A stretch of DNA of 52,871 bases from Halocafeteria seosinensis (Eukaryota): the NCBI GenBank assembly GCA_001687465.1, contig LVLI01000195.1:62001-114871 (forward strand). Reading direction: 5' to 3'. Of the stretch, positions 12,334 to 23,934 are shown in pieces. The notes beneath the pieces were generated by a model. It saw only the letters and a list, made by a program, of their open reading frames with translations. It was not told the DNA's origin and did not search any database. Positions within the stretch are counted from its first letter, which is position 1; every line of letters begins with the position of its first letter. Both the position numbers and the translations under genes were made by a program.

Positions 12334-13737
12334 GGTCTTGACGTGTGCGCTATCTGTGGGCTACAGACTGTAGCCCTCCTAGCTACAATTCAAATGAGCT
12401 ACGGCCTATCACATCTCATGGCGAAGCTATACTATTCGCTGTTGTGCTTTCTCATGCTAAATTTGGTGGAATTATGGTAGGGACCAAATCTACTTCAATA
12501 TGTAAACTTTAAAGTATCTTGGAAGGTCCTCAATGACGACAGCCGTTAACTTCCCAAGGGAGTCAACTAACGCTGGTCCAAGAAGCCACAGAAATCCCTT
12601 TGCAACTACTGAAATACTGAAAGGAAATCCATTCTATCAGTGATATGAATGGAGATGAGACAGCGTGAATAAGGTGAGTTCGACTGCTGAATAGAGATTC
12701 CTTCATTGCGCTTCGTGTGCATTCATACACGGTCGGCAACCTGTTGTATACATTACAATACCCTGTACCAAAATTCACTAAAACAGCAGATTGACCACCA
12801 GTCAATGAACAGAAATGCTAATACTTAACTCACAAAAAACAAAACAAAGAACACTATGCTATGGCCGATAACACAAGGAAAATAAGTGACCGATGCCAGA
12901 GTCTCAAGGACTGTAGCTGCCCCAAAAGATTGAGTCTCCTTTGGAATCTCTGCCTGCAACAAAATAATACCACAAAAAGATTTTAATAAATGTTCGCTCT
13001 ATGGTTGTTCCCAAACGTAATTGACACATAGTATCTCCCGAGCCATTCTACTGACACCCGGACAAAGAGTCCACAGTGGGCAGAATGCCTACGCTCAAGA
13101 TCAGGAATATAAAGCGTGCGCCATAGGGAGCACGAGCAAGAGCAAAACTCTTACTCAGCTCAACCTACCGCCATTTATATTAGACCCTCATGCAACAAGC
13201 TATCATGGGAAAACGCAAGAAATACTGCCCAAGGGGTAAGCCTTAGAGCAGACTTCAAGCATTGTTCAACTTGGTTTTCTGCATGGTAGTTGGCCCCGTT
13301 GGTCTGAGCTACCGAAAATGGTAAACTCGACCCGGTCAGCCAGGGTCTGTGCTGGAAGAGGGAAAGGCGCGTGGGCTAGCAGTAAAAGCTTACCTTGTTG
13401 GTGGTGGTGGACTGACTCTAGCCATCAGCCACCTCTCCCCTTCAATAAATAATCAACATGATGAGTCCAGCATCCTAAAAGCGGCATACACAAACGCCAA
13501 GCATCATATTTCGTCAATACTCTTTGATACAATACAATCGAACCATCTCTGACTTTGCATAGCGGTCAAAATAAGAGCCTGCCTTCCAAAGTAGCACAAA
13601 AGTTTGTCGCCTTCGAAGAGTTGGACTCAGTTGGTGGCAACTGCATGGAATTCACTGCAGGGCACCTTTGTTAAAACGCCACCCTCCGATATCTCACGGG
13701 CCGAGCCGCGCCACAGCACTGGTTGGCTGAACTTGGT

Positions 13738-15115
13738 TCAGGTGAGGTCTACGACGTGAGAACTATCCTTCGCTGTGTGGCTCGTGGCCTTGGAGTCTTC
13801 GGTTTCCTGCTTCGGGGTTTTCTTTGCTTTTCGTCCTTCCAACAATGACTTGATATCCGATTCCCCACGTTTCTGTGACTTTTGAGAAATTTGGGAGTTT
13901 TGACCCTTTTTTCCCTTCCCTTTGGATCTATAGTCCTCGGGCTCCGAGATCTTATGGAACGTTCCACCACATTCCTGCTGATGACGGGACCACCAAAAAT
14001 CGTTTGGAGCTGGTGCTCTATTCATTGCCCTCTTAACATATCCATAAAACGGATGGCGGAAGCGACATGGCCCATCACACCGCCAAACATGTTTCCTGTA
14101 TGAGTCCACTTCTGCATGTGGGTAAGAAATTCAAACAACGCCTGTTTCTCGATTCTCAAGCCTGCCCAAAACGCACCATCATGAAACGAGTGATAAATCG
14201 TTATGCTAGTTTTCGCTTTTTCGTTTATTCGATGCATGTGCTTCTGAAAATTTGGGCCGTGTGATTCTCTGTCCCGGTCATTTTCACTGACAAATAAGTA
14301 AGCGTGTATCATCTCATGCTGCACACAGGGTGACACTTTGCAGAACAGTTCGTTTTCGCAAATACAAAATAACAGGGCTTACCAATAAAGTATTCACAAG
14401 GTCAGAACGAGGTCTCAGCTTCAGCAATGGCTCGGATAGTCTCCTGCGCTAGTTGGAAGTGGTCCTCTCAGCGTTGAGACAAGAGTAAGTACTACCTCTG
14501 AACTTACACCGAACATCCGCCCAGTCTTCCCTGATAGACGCAAAGACCGGCACACAGTGTCATTTTCTTGCTCCATCTGACCTCCACGGCGTTATTTTTT
14601 AACGTGTTCCAAAAGAACAATCTATCGTATTCCATAAACAGAGAATGTATATCTGGTGTCGGGTCTAGCCACTCATACTCCTTAGAGTTCAAGGATAGCT
14701 CGTGGTTCCCCTCTTGCTTCGACGCCGACGAGGAAGCATTTCCACTATACGGGATACTAGAGCTACTGCTCGAAACATTGCCATCGGATTGAATAGGAGC
14801 TGTCTCTTCAGCTTCATGTTGCAAGAGAGACAAAGCTAGATAGTAATCCCATCCCTCATCTGCCGTTAGTGAGTGATTATGTGCTGTCGACGAGGAGCAA
14901 CAACTTCCATTGTCACCACCAAGATTATGGCGATTATTTCCTTCTTTCAGTACAGCATATTCTTCCTCTTCTGAGTCTGTTGCTTCGATAGCAATGACGT
15001 CTGCACCCCTCTTGGGTGTGTCGATGACCTCCACCTCATCATGTTTGCTGCCCTCTACAGGTCCTGTGCTCGCAGCACTGGCCACAGAAGAAGATGCAGC
15101 TGACGTGAATGACAT
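13738..15115 (-). CDS. SPRTN: SprT-like DNA-protein crosslink metalloprotease (Spartan)
   Basis: DPTPDIHSLFMEYDRLFFW, VRWSKKMTLCAG, RLSEPLLKLRPR, HEMIH (HExxH), HGPNFQKHM, WRCDGPC..PFYGYVKRAMNRAP and HQQECGGTFHKI, across 4 exons. Confidence 0.95.
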
Positions 15116-15962
15116 TTCAGAAACAGCTCGGAGGTGATGGTACTGTCAAACCCATAACTAAAGGAATCCTGTATAGATACTATGAGCTGCAAACTGGATA
15201 GTCTCTGTGAACATGAAGACCGCCTTCCAAAGGTTTCCATCTACGGATCATTGCTCTCTCCGTGTGTATTTAGTACAGAAGTGCAAGCATGCGGCCTTTT
15301 GTTTTAGAATCGCCTACTCTGGAACCCTTTTAATCCCTGGAAGGAGCAGCATTAGGTTGTAATGGGTAGCGGGTGGCTCATTTGAATTGGGACCATCCTT
15401 TGTAGGGGTATCAAATATCACCGCGCCTGACACAATGAAGCTCCTAAGATAATGTTCCACATACTGCGTATCTGATTTAGCTATACTCCATGGCTGCGTC
15501 ATGGTGCGAACGACCAAACTGGTGCAAATCTCGCGCCCACCGAGTTGGGTCGCAAGGTTTCCCAGTCGCGAAGATTCATTTACGTGATACACATACATGT
15601 ATAAGCATGACGCACCATGTTCACTGCGAACAAGGACCATCTGCGTACGAAGTGGACGTGTTTATTTTGGCACCAGATCTAGCCGTGGTGCGGATACCCC
15701 TTTCTCTTGTTCACCTGTTGTTCTTCGCCTCACACGGACATCGAATATCTGCAAGGGAGCAGCGGTCTACACAGTGATGTGAGAAGTTGGGATTGTGAAC
15801 AGGACGCTGTGATGAATTCAACATTGTAGTGTCGTTGTGCTTGACTCGAAGATAGCTTTACAACAGCCCTTGTTGGATACTGTTGGAGTCTCGAGACTCT
15901 CGGGTCTATGGAATATAGAACTTTGTTTCTTGGAGGGTATCCACAAGCATAGTTGGGAGAAA

Positions 15963-16775
15963 ATGAATTTTTTGGACCGTATTACCCGCCCATGTGCTAT
16001 GACGGGTAAGTTGCTGATGACATAAACTTGACCATATTTGCCTATAGCAAGCATGGAGAACTTCATCATCCACTATCCCAGGTGGAATCATAACTGGAGC
16101 ACTTGCGCTGGTTTTTAATATCGCCGGAGCAGCCAACAAGCAATGGATAACGTACAATGGACACAACCAAGGCATCTTCAAAGTTTGCATGAAGTCACAA
16201 TGTACAGACCGTAAGTTTCCGCCGCTTACGTTCTTATCTGTTGTTGCTGTACACTCTCAAAATGACCGCCAGTGGAGCCTAGCGGTGGAGAAAAAACAGC
16301 TCTTAATGGAGTCAGAGCCTTTGTTATCTTAGGAATACTTACTGCCATGGTCATCCTTGTCGCTGCCGCGATAGGTAGGTTTTGGAAGAGCTCGGTGCAT
16401 CCATGGCCAAAGATCACGTTTCTGGCGACCTTCCTGTATTGTAAGTACTAATCGGGGTTGTCTCCAGATCTTTCCGGAAAGTTGCGTAGGTTTTCTTATG
16501 TTGGCAGTTGGCTGTAACTTGGTCGCCCTAGTATCGTTTGCGTCATACAAAGATAGAATCGGGAGAGGTAGTGTTGCAGGAGGTAAGACGTAAACCTTAT
16601 TGTCCGAGGATACGACAGTATTGTCAGGTTTGCGGTTTTTGCACGTACAGGAATTGCTCCAATTATACTGGGTCTCTTTCATAGTGCTGGGGAAATGTTC
16701 ATTCTTGTTTGGAAGTTTGGTTTGCCAGGGGTCTTTGGAAGTGGGGCTCCTCCTGAGCATGCAGTCGCCGTGTAG
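15963..16775 (+). CDS. Claudin/PMP22-like four-TM membrane protein, paralog 1 (5 small exons; missed by the ORF track)
   Basis: Spliced reading: MNFLDRITRPCAMT/GGIITGALALVFNIAGAANKQWITYNGHNQGIFKVCMKSQCTD/...VRAFVILGILTAMVILVAAAIGRFWKSSVHPWPKITF/.../GIAPIILGLFHSAGEMFILVWKFGLPGVFGSGAPPEHAVAV*. It has a W..GIF..C....C loop signature. Confidence 0.75.
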
Positions 16776-17381
16776 AATTTTACTTTGTTTGGTGTACTTT
16801 CAGTCTATTGAAACGCTTGCCGGTGTTGCACTTAATTTTTGGTGTTTACAATTGTCAAAAGTTGCTTACGCTGCGTAAGTTACGCATCGCATGTGACCAG
16901 TCTCCAGTATCAGCTTGAAGTGCTTAGGTAACGTCCGGCTGACATGTAAACCAGTTCACCCTGTTGCGCTAGGGGCCCAAGGCCAAGTAGTGACATTGGA
17001 CATAACACTTTTTTTGAGAGTCATGTACCTTACACGTATCTGTTAAGCATCGTCTATACGGTATATATTATATACGCCGTGGGGCCGGTCGCCCAACGGT
17101 ACTGTCTCACAGCGCACAATGGTACCACTACTTCTTCCCCCATCATTACAAAGGACTAGGACAAAGACTTCTGCATGTTTTGAAAGCAGATGAAAGTAAA
17201 CCAAACCACTCGAGTCTTTCGGTCACCGTTACGTTCGTGGTATTCTAATTGACCAAGTGCAAGATATTGCGTAGAACATCTTTTTCTTCGGATATTCTAC
17301 ACTTTCTTGCACACACAGTTGCATTCTTTTTTTTTATTTCGCTTTGCTATCAAAGAAGGCTAGAAGGAGTGAAGAGAGAAA

Positions 17382-18290
17382 ATGTTTCTGCACCAACTTC
17401 CTCGTCATCACACTCTCGCTGGTATGTGCTGTAGCACAGGACGTGCTGTATCCGACGAGGTTCTTTGATCCAGGTGGTTTCGTGTTCGGCACTTGCAGGA
17501 CTCGTCGGCTCGGGCATTGCCTGTCTTATCTTCAATATCTCCGTGGCAGCTCATGGGAATGTGGGGACTTTTAGTGGCACGGGTACAGCTGGCGGCATCC
17601 ACATTTGGGATAAACCCGGTGGTAAGCGTATCTCGTTTTGATGTATCCAAAATCAAACGCATTTTTGAAACCATGTGAACTATGTTTGCAGCTTCCGGTT
17701 TTTCTGGGTCTCAAATTTCCGATGCGAGTGGAGCCCGGAAAGCTACCGCCGCATTTGTCGTTCTCGGAATTTTTGCTGGGGCTGCAATGCTTGGCTCTTC
17801 TGCTTACGGTAGATTTGGCAAACAGTGCGATCACCCTTGGCCGAAAGTTGCTTTCATTTCCACAGTGACGTACTGTAAGATTTCATTGCTTCTTGTTGTG
17901 AATCATACCAGATTGGATTGCGTCACCTAATCATCGTTGAATGGAAACAGTTGTCTGTAATTTTGCTGCGCTGGTAGCCTTGGGAGTCTATGTAAACAAA
18001 CTGAAAGGTAACTCGGCTGTCGACGATGCGAGTATAGATGCTGGTAAGCTGTTCTGATAGCAAAATCTATTACAGTATTATACACTGTGAAAAAGAGGTT
18101 TATGGGGAATCCCGCAGGAGCGTCTCCACTTATTATCGGTCTCTTTCTGAGTGCCTTTGATGCGGTCCTTCTGTACTTGCGGTTTGGTTTAGCGGGAGTG
18201 TGCGGTAGCGGGGCTCTTCCAGAGGACAGCAATTTATTGGATCAAAGTGGGCAAGTCACTGGAGACGCAGCCCCCGGCGAAGGAGCGTAA
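17382..18290 (+). CDS. Claudin-like four-TM membrane protein, paralog 2
   Basis: Similar exon structure to 15963-16775. Shared motifs AFVVLGI, GRF...HPWPK and G.SPLIIGLFLSA...FGL.GV.GSGA.PE. Confidence 0.75.
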
Positions 18291-18957
18291 TATGGAACAT
18301 CGTGCGTACACAACCCGCATGCGTGTCACACGCAGCATGTGTCGATATGTGTTGGTTTTCCAGATGTTTAGTCTCTGGTCACTGACCAGTTGCCACAGGT
18401 TATCGCAAGAATTGAACCAGTTTTTTGTTCAGACCTTTCGTATGCGTAGTTCCCTACTAAGTTTCATACTGCTTTGGTCCGTGCCATGGATGAGTGATTT
18501 GTAAGCACAGCACGGATGCGGTCAACTTCCCGGCCGGTGGGGCTATCTGTCACATTTGTGTGTGTGAGCACACTATCCACTACAGTATGGCCACCCTCGA
18601 ACTTCCGAACTGCAAAGGTGGCACAGTGCCATCAACGCTTCAGGGTGTGCGCTCGCGACACACTTCTGGAGCATTAACCACCGTAAGAGCGATTCGAGCG
18701 AACGTCACTTTGTTTCAAATGACGTACATTGTACTGTACAGTACTTCCTTCCGAAGCTCTTGCAAGCGAGTCGCGCTTTGCATTCATTCCCTTTCCACTT
18801 GCGCTCTTCTTGTTCGACACCGCCTAGAAGAAAGAACGCCACCGCATAGCTATCTTTTACCAGCGCTTGTTGGGGTCGTAATTTGGGACCTCAACCCGCT
18901 CTGGCAGAGTATCCGCTGTGAAGAGACGACGGAAAGGTTCAAACAAACCTGGGTGAG

Positions 18958-19410
18958 ATGCAGGCTAGAACGACTCAACTACGACGACTCAAATGTCCGT
19001 TTGCGCTATGTGGTACGTTCAATTGTTAGAAGTAGCAGTTGGCTATAGGCACTGACGTTTGCATGTGATGCACGGTCCTCTGGCGACCCTGATTGCTGCG
19101 CTGCATCTACTGTACTTTGTGCAGTTACACTTCTCATAGGGATTGTCGAGCTTGCATTCAGCATTCTTGGAGTAACTGTAGGATACTGGGCAACTGTACG
19201 ATATAAGATGCCCGGTCCCGCGGGTGTCGACTTCCTAGAAGCTTTCGTTGATTTAGATATTTGGGACAATCCAGGTACGCCCGTGAGCTGGAAGTGCAAA
19301 GCAGCAGGGAATTAAGGAATGGTACCACTGTAATCACAAGACGCTGATGGATCGGGCTACGAGAGTGTCAAACGCCGAAGACATATTTGTTTGTTTGCAG
19401 ATACCTGAGA
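18958..19410 (+). pseudogene. Truncated paralog of the claudin-like family (exons 1-2 only)
   Basis: MQARTTQLRRLKCPFALC/VTLLIGIVELAFSILGVTVGYWATVRY...LDIWDNP with GT-AG sites. The next acceptor (~19400) leads at once to a TGA. Confidence 0.5.
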
Positions 19411-19736
19411 GAGGCACTGAAGATTGTTGCGGTCAACGCCACAGAACTTGGAATTTAGGAGTCCAAGTAAGTTAGGACGCAGGAAGCAACAGTTCCGCAT
19501 TCAGTTCCAGTGTGAACTTTCCCGGTAAAAGTTTTTGCTAAGACGTTCGGAAAGAAATTTGGCAAGGTCACTGCAGCGAAGATATCTTGCCGCGTCCCGG
19601 GTAGCCGAGTCTTCTTGCAGTACGTTTCATGCTACCGTTTCATTCCCTGTACAGGTGTATCGCCTTGGACGCCGTAAGAAATGTAGCACATGCCTCTGAC
19701 GGCCTGAATTGCTGAACTGTATCTACTTTGCGCAGT

Positions 19737-19962
19737 TAACGTTCATATAGGGCTTTTTCGAACTTGTATTCAGCATTCTTGGAGTGCCTGTGGGATATTG
19801 GGCAACTGTAGGGTGGGCCATCAGTCACATTTTCGTCGTGTACGGTATTAGATCCCGGTTCCTGCGCGTGTGACTGCCTATTTAGGTCTTTGGGAAAGTC
19901 CAGGTACACACGTCAGTTGGAAGTGCAAAGCGCCAGGGATGGAATGTATCCACTGTAATCAC
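19737..19962 (+). pseudogene. Degenerate direct duplicate of the exon and donor intron at 19125-19336
   Basis: Shares attcagcattcttggagt, tgggcaactgta, ccaggtac, tggaagtgcaaagc and ccactgtaatcac with 19125-19336, but is frameshifted. Confidence 0.65.
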
Positions 19963-21155
19963 CAGAAATTGAACTGCTACACGGCCTTCCTATTCCGACT
20001 GATGCTAATGTGACTAGACACATGGCGGGGATGTTCGCTCTTTCAGATATCTTGCCCAGCTAGCTTGGCTTGTTCTAGCGGATTTAGGTGCACGTCATAG
20101 CATCCTATTTGCATCCAATGCCACTGTTCAGCTGTGCTTCCAGTGTCGACCAAGACGACTTGCACCAGGCAGACTTAGCATCGGTGGCTGAGTAAGCAAT
20201 TTTGGCTCGTCGCTCGTCCAAATGGACCACGTATATACAGATGTACACAGTACAGCGAAACGACTATCTGAAGCAACAGACTGCTTCCAAGAGATGGCAT
20301 AACATGTACAGGCTAAAAGCATCGGGTAGAATCAAGACTACTTGGCATATCTGTGGTCACATTCAAGCTGACTAAAGACCTTGGGACACGCCGTATCATA
20401 GCAAATGTCGCAAATGGTCTGTCAGTGTGGGAAAAATTACCAAAACCAACCAACACCTACCCGATCGAACCACAGCATCGTGTGTGCGATACACTCTAGC
20501 ATCCGACAACAAGTATCTTGGTAAAAATATCATAAGAAACCTCTTGCGACTCTCCACAGTTTACAGATTTTGTAAACGGGTCACGTTTTCGGTACCATCG
20601 CAGGCGTTTTCTTGGCTTGAAGCTGCTGACTTCGTGTGACTACCGGAAGACGTCTAGTCTACAGGCTACGCTAGGCCGTGTGTGGGGTGAACCCTATTCC
20701 GAGCCGCTCCAACATCTTAACGTTGTGGCGCATGAACGTGACAGACAGTCTGACCGTCATCAGCTTTTCAAAGTGCTGCATGTTCCTCGTTCCCAAGCGA
20801 GATCCCGGTGCTTTTTTGGCAGTATAGTGTGTATTGTTGATGATCTTGGAATACTACCGATCAAAGGTAGAAGCTGGCTCGGAAGATACTGTAGTGGTTC
20901 ACATCGATGTGCAAATGTCAGGTCAACAATAAAGCTGCATGCTACGTACGGAGTATTCTTGTCAAATTCACGGCGCCCTCTTGGCTCGTCGTTGTCGGTA
21001 ACTCCTGGAACGGTGCGCATGGCACATAACGCAAACTTGCGACAAGTACTTTAGGGAACGCCACTCCAAGCTCAAGGAAACATACATCGCAAATACCTAG
21101 ATAAATACCGGGGGAGTACCCGTCTACACGGCAATAATAGTCAACATTCGATACT

Positions 21156-23294
21156 ATGAGTGACCAACAGGTACGTCCGTCCACCCTGGGAAGTGTATGA
21201 ATGGTGATGTGCTCCAGCTGGACCGCTGTTCTCTGCTTCAGCTTGCTGTCGCTGGTTCCAATGGGAAAAAGTACCGGGGAAATGCGGGGCAATCAAGCAG
21301 TGCACAATTCCCGGCGGGTCAAAAGTTTATCCCTGTGAGTGGTCCGCCACCAAGGGAAGTCTCACACAGAAACGAGGGTGGAAGGCAACCACCTGCGCCG
21401 GCAGCTTGGAACACCGCTCAACCCGAGGAAATGAAACACAGGGAACAAAGCCCTATAGAGCATCAAGGTCAGGACCATTCGCGTATGGCACTGCAACAGA
21501 TTTCAACATTAAACCGTAACGAGTGGAACGCGGATAAGGGCACATATCCTCAGGACGATGACGCCAATGGAAGTTTGGGGACTGAATCCCCATATCCATA
21601 TTCATATCCACAGGACTTCGGAGCTGAGCCTGCAAACCAGGGACCTGCTTATCAAGGCAAGTACTGTATGAAGAGAATACATACACTAATGGGAAAGACG
21701 AAAAGTCAATGTATTTGCTACAACACGCTTCAACGTGGTACAGAATACTATCCCGAGCAGTTCGGCGTTACTGGAGGAGGATTCATGGGTTCACCTGAAC
21801 ACTTGGAACCTACGAGAAAGTACCTAAGCACCCTTAGTACGTACAATTACTTGTTCCATATTGTAAGGCCACAGTTAGAATTGTTCAATGAACGCTTTTG
21901 TGCATACGATCCAGGAGGCGTACTTGCGCTGATTTGCCTCCTTCTGGTTGTTGTTGCTTTAAGTGTTCCGAACTGGGGAGAGTGTGGAACGTTTCATTTT
22001 GGTCTTTTCCAGGTGGAGACCTCAGCTGAAGGAGTAAGTAGGTTGGACCCGTTTCAGGAGCGTACCACACGTTGTACCCCGTACAGTTTCAGTTTGTCAC
22101 GTTTGTTGACTGGGTTGACTCCCTTACCCGCAGACGTGTTCGCTGGGATTCCATGGGTATTCTGAAGCTCCTGATTTCGCTAACACGTTCAACACTGGGC
22201 GAGTTCTTATTGTACTCTCTGTGCCCCCCTTATTGGTGCTTCTTTGCCTCCCGCGACGGTCAACATATCGGGGAGTTATCAGCGTAGCAAGCGTAGCGGG
22301 TAAGCAAGTATCTCGCGGAGTGTCTGGAGAGTACAACAACATTGGAACAATGTAGATACCATGCAGTGGCATTTCTTCTATGCAATACAATTATCATGTC
22401 CGTGGTAATCGAAGATGAAAAAATGCCTGCGTTGATCTACGCTCTGTCTGACTGTTCCACGGTTCCCTACAGCCCCTATGCTGACTCTGATACTTCTTCG
22501 TGCAGCTTGGAGGTATCCTTTTCCATGTTTGCAGCGGCGTCAGCATTGCTAATGTTATACGCCTTCATTCTTACCTACTGCTATAACGTATATGATTCCG
22601 ACTTCTCAACACAGTCTCTGTGGTATGATGACTCGCGGTCATCGCTTCTGCACGCAGACCACTCGAAGTACAACGGCGGCAGCGTTCACCCTGACCGCGC
22701 ACCGGGCAGTGGGAGTGTGCCGCGTAAGTCTACTCCATGCTTCCTTGTTTGAGGATAACCGAGCGACACTGAGGATTGCTTGTTGTCAAGATCACAGAGC
22801 CTGAAAAGGACGCAGAAAGCAACAGCTCTGTACTCAGCTCCACTGCTAAATCTAGCGGTAAAAGTTTTGCTAAGACTGTCGGAAAAAAATTTGGCAAGTT
22901 TGCTGCAAATAAGCTATCTAGCCACGTTCCAGGTAATCCAGCATAATCGGAGTACTACTCCTGCTATTGTCTCCTGTAGGCTTCGTTCCCCGTACAGGTC
23001 TATCGACTCTTCACTCTGTTGGCAGCAGTGACGCTGTGACAAGCATGGGAAGAAGTGTCTACCAAGGAATGACTGGAGGCGGTGGAGGTGGTGGTGAGCC
23101 AACAACAGCGCTGCCAGGTTCAGGTGAGCAACAGCAAGATGCTCCAGTGTTTGGCGCAGGAGCCTCAAGTGCCACAGGTAAGGCTAGACTTAGATGCGAC
23201 AGTTGCGTTGAGTGATAAAATCAATAGTGCCAATTACTCCATCACAGGATACAATTTCCCAACTGACGAAGGCGGTGCTGGAGCTGGGAATTGA
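21156..23294 (+). CDS. Claudin-like membrane protein with long disordered N- and C-termini, multi-exon
   Basis: MSDQQ/intron/LAVAGSNG..., then a Pro/Gln-rich region. GGVLALICLLLVVVALSVPNWGECGTFHFGLFQ gives TM1 plus a W..GLF loop. Further hydrophobic exons follow and the frame ends YNFPTDEGGAGAGN*. Internal exon boundaries are approximate. Confidence 0.6.
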
Positions 23295-23934
23295 TTGAGC
23301 AGGTGCTCCACTCCCGTCAGATGAAGGGATGTGGTCACTTCAGTGTGTAATACTGTGTATCAATGGAGTCGCATGCGACTTGCCTCCGATGATTGAGTTG
23401 GTATCAGCCCTGTTAGTTCCTACTAGACAGCTATGGTTACCACATACGAAGTTGACTCACACCAGTGACTAGACTGCAGACTACGGCAGCACGGTACGTG
23501 GAAGCAGCAAAGAGATTGAGCCCTAGACGTGAACATGAATGATACGTCACTCTGTTCAAATCTTCCTTCTTGAAGGCACTATCTCTTCGTCTACATCCAG
23601 CTATTCAATCAATTCTGATGAGTCATCCATGGTTTAAATCACCTTCACACCGGAATGCGCGCGCGCGCGCAAACCCTGGGGTATCTACGGCGCACATGCT
23701 ACATGTTTCATAGTACAACGTGTTATTTTGTTGAGAAAATTTCCTCCGCTTTCCACATTTGTGAATGCATTAGATTACCGCTCAATAACTGGAGCATCCA
23801 CAGCAACCCTAAGCCTTTGTTGGAAGCTTTTGGCAGCATTCCTGCCGTTTAACGCGCGCAATTTGAACAGCTTCACCTGTTGGCCGCCATTGTATCGTGT
23901 TTAGCAAAGGACCAACGACGCAAGAAGTACCAGC

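Noticed and set aside
18494..19048. 184-aa ORF as a gene
   Set aside because: Non-ATG start, no recognisable motifs, and it overlaps the first exon of the claudin-like pseudogene in another frame.
23656..23670. (GC)n run upstream of the CBM20-kinesin as a regulatory or Z-DNA element
   Set aside because: A single short dinucleotide run with no other support.
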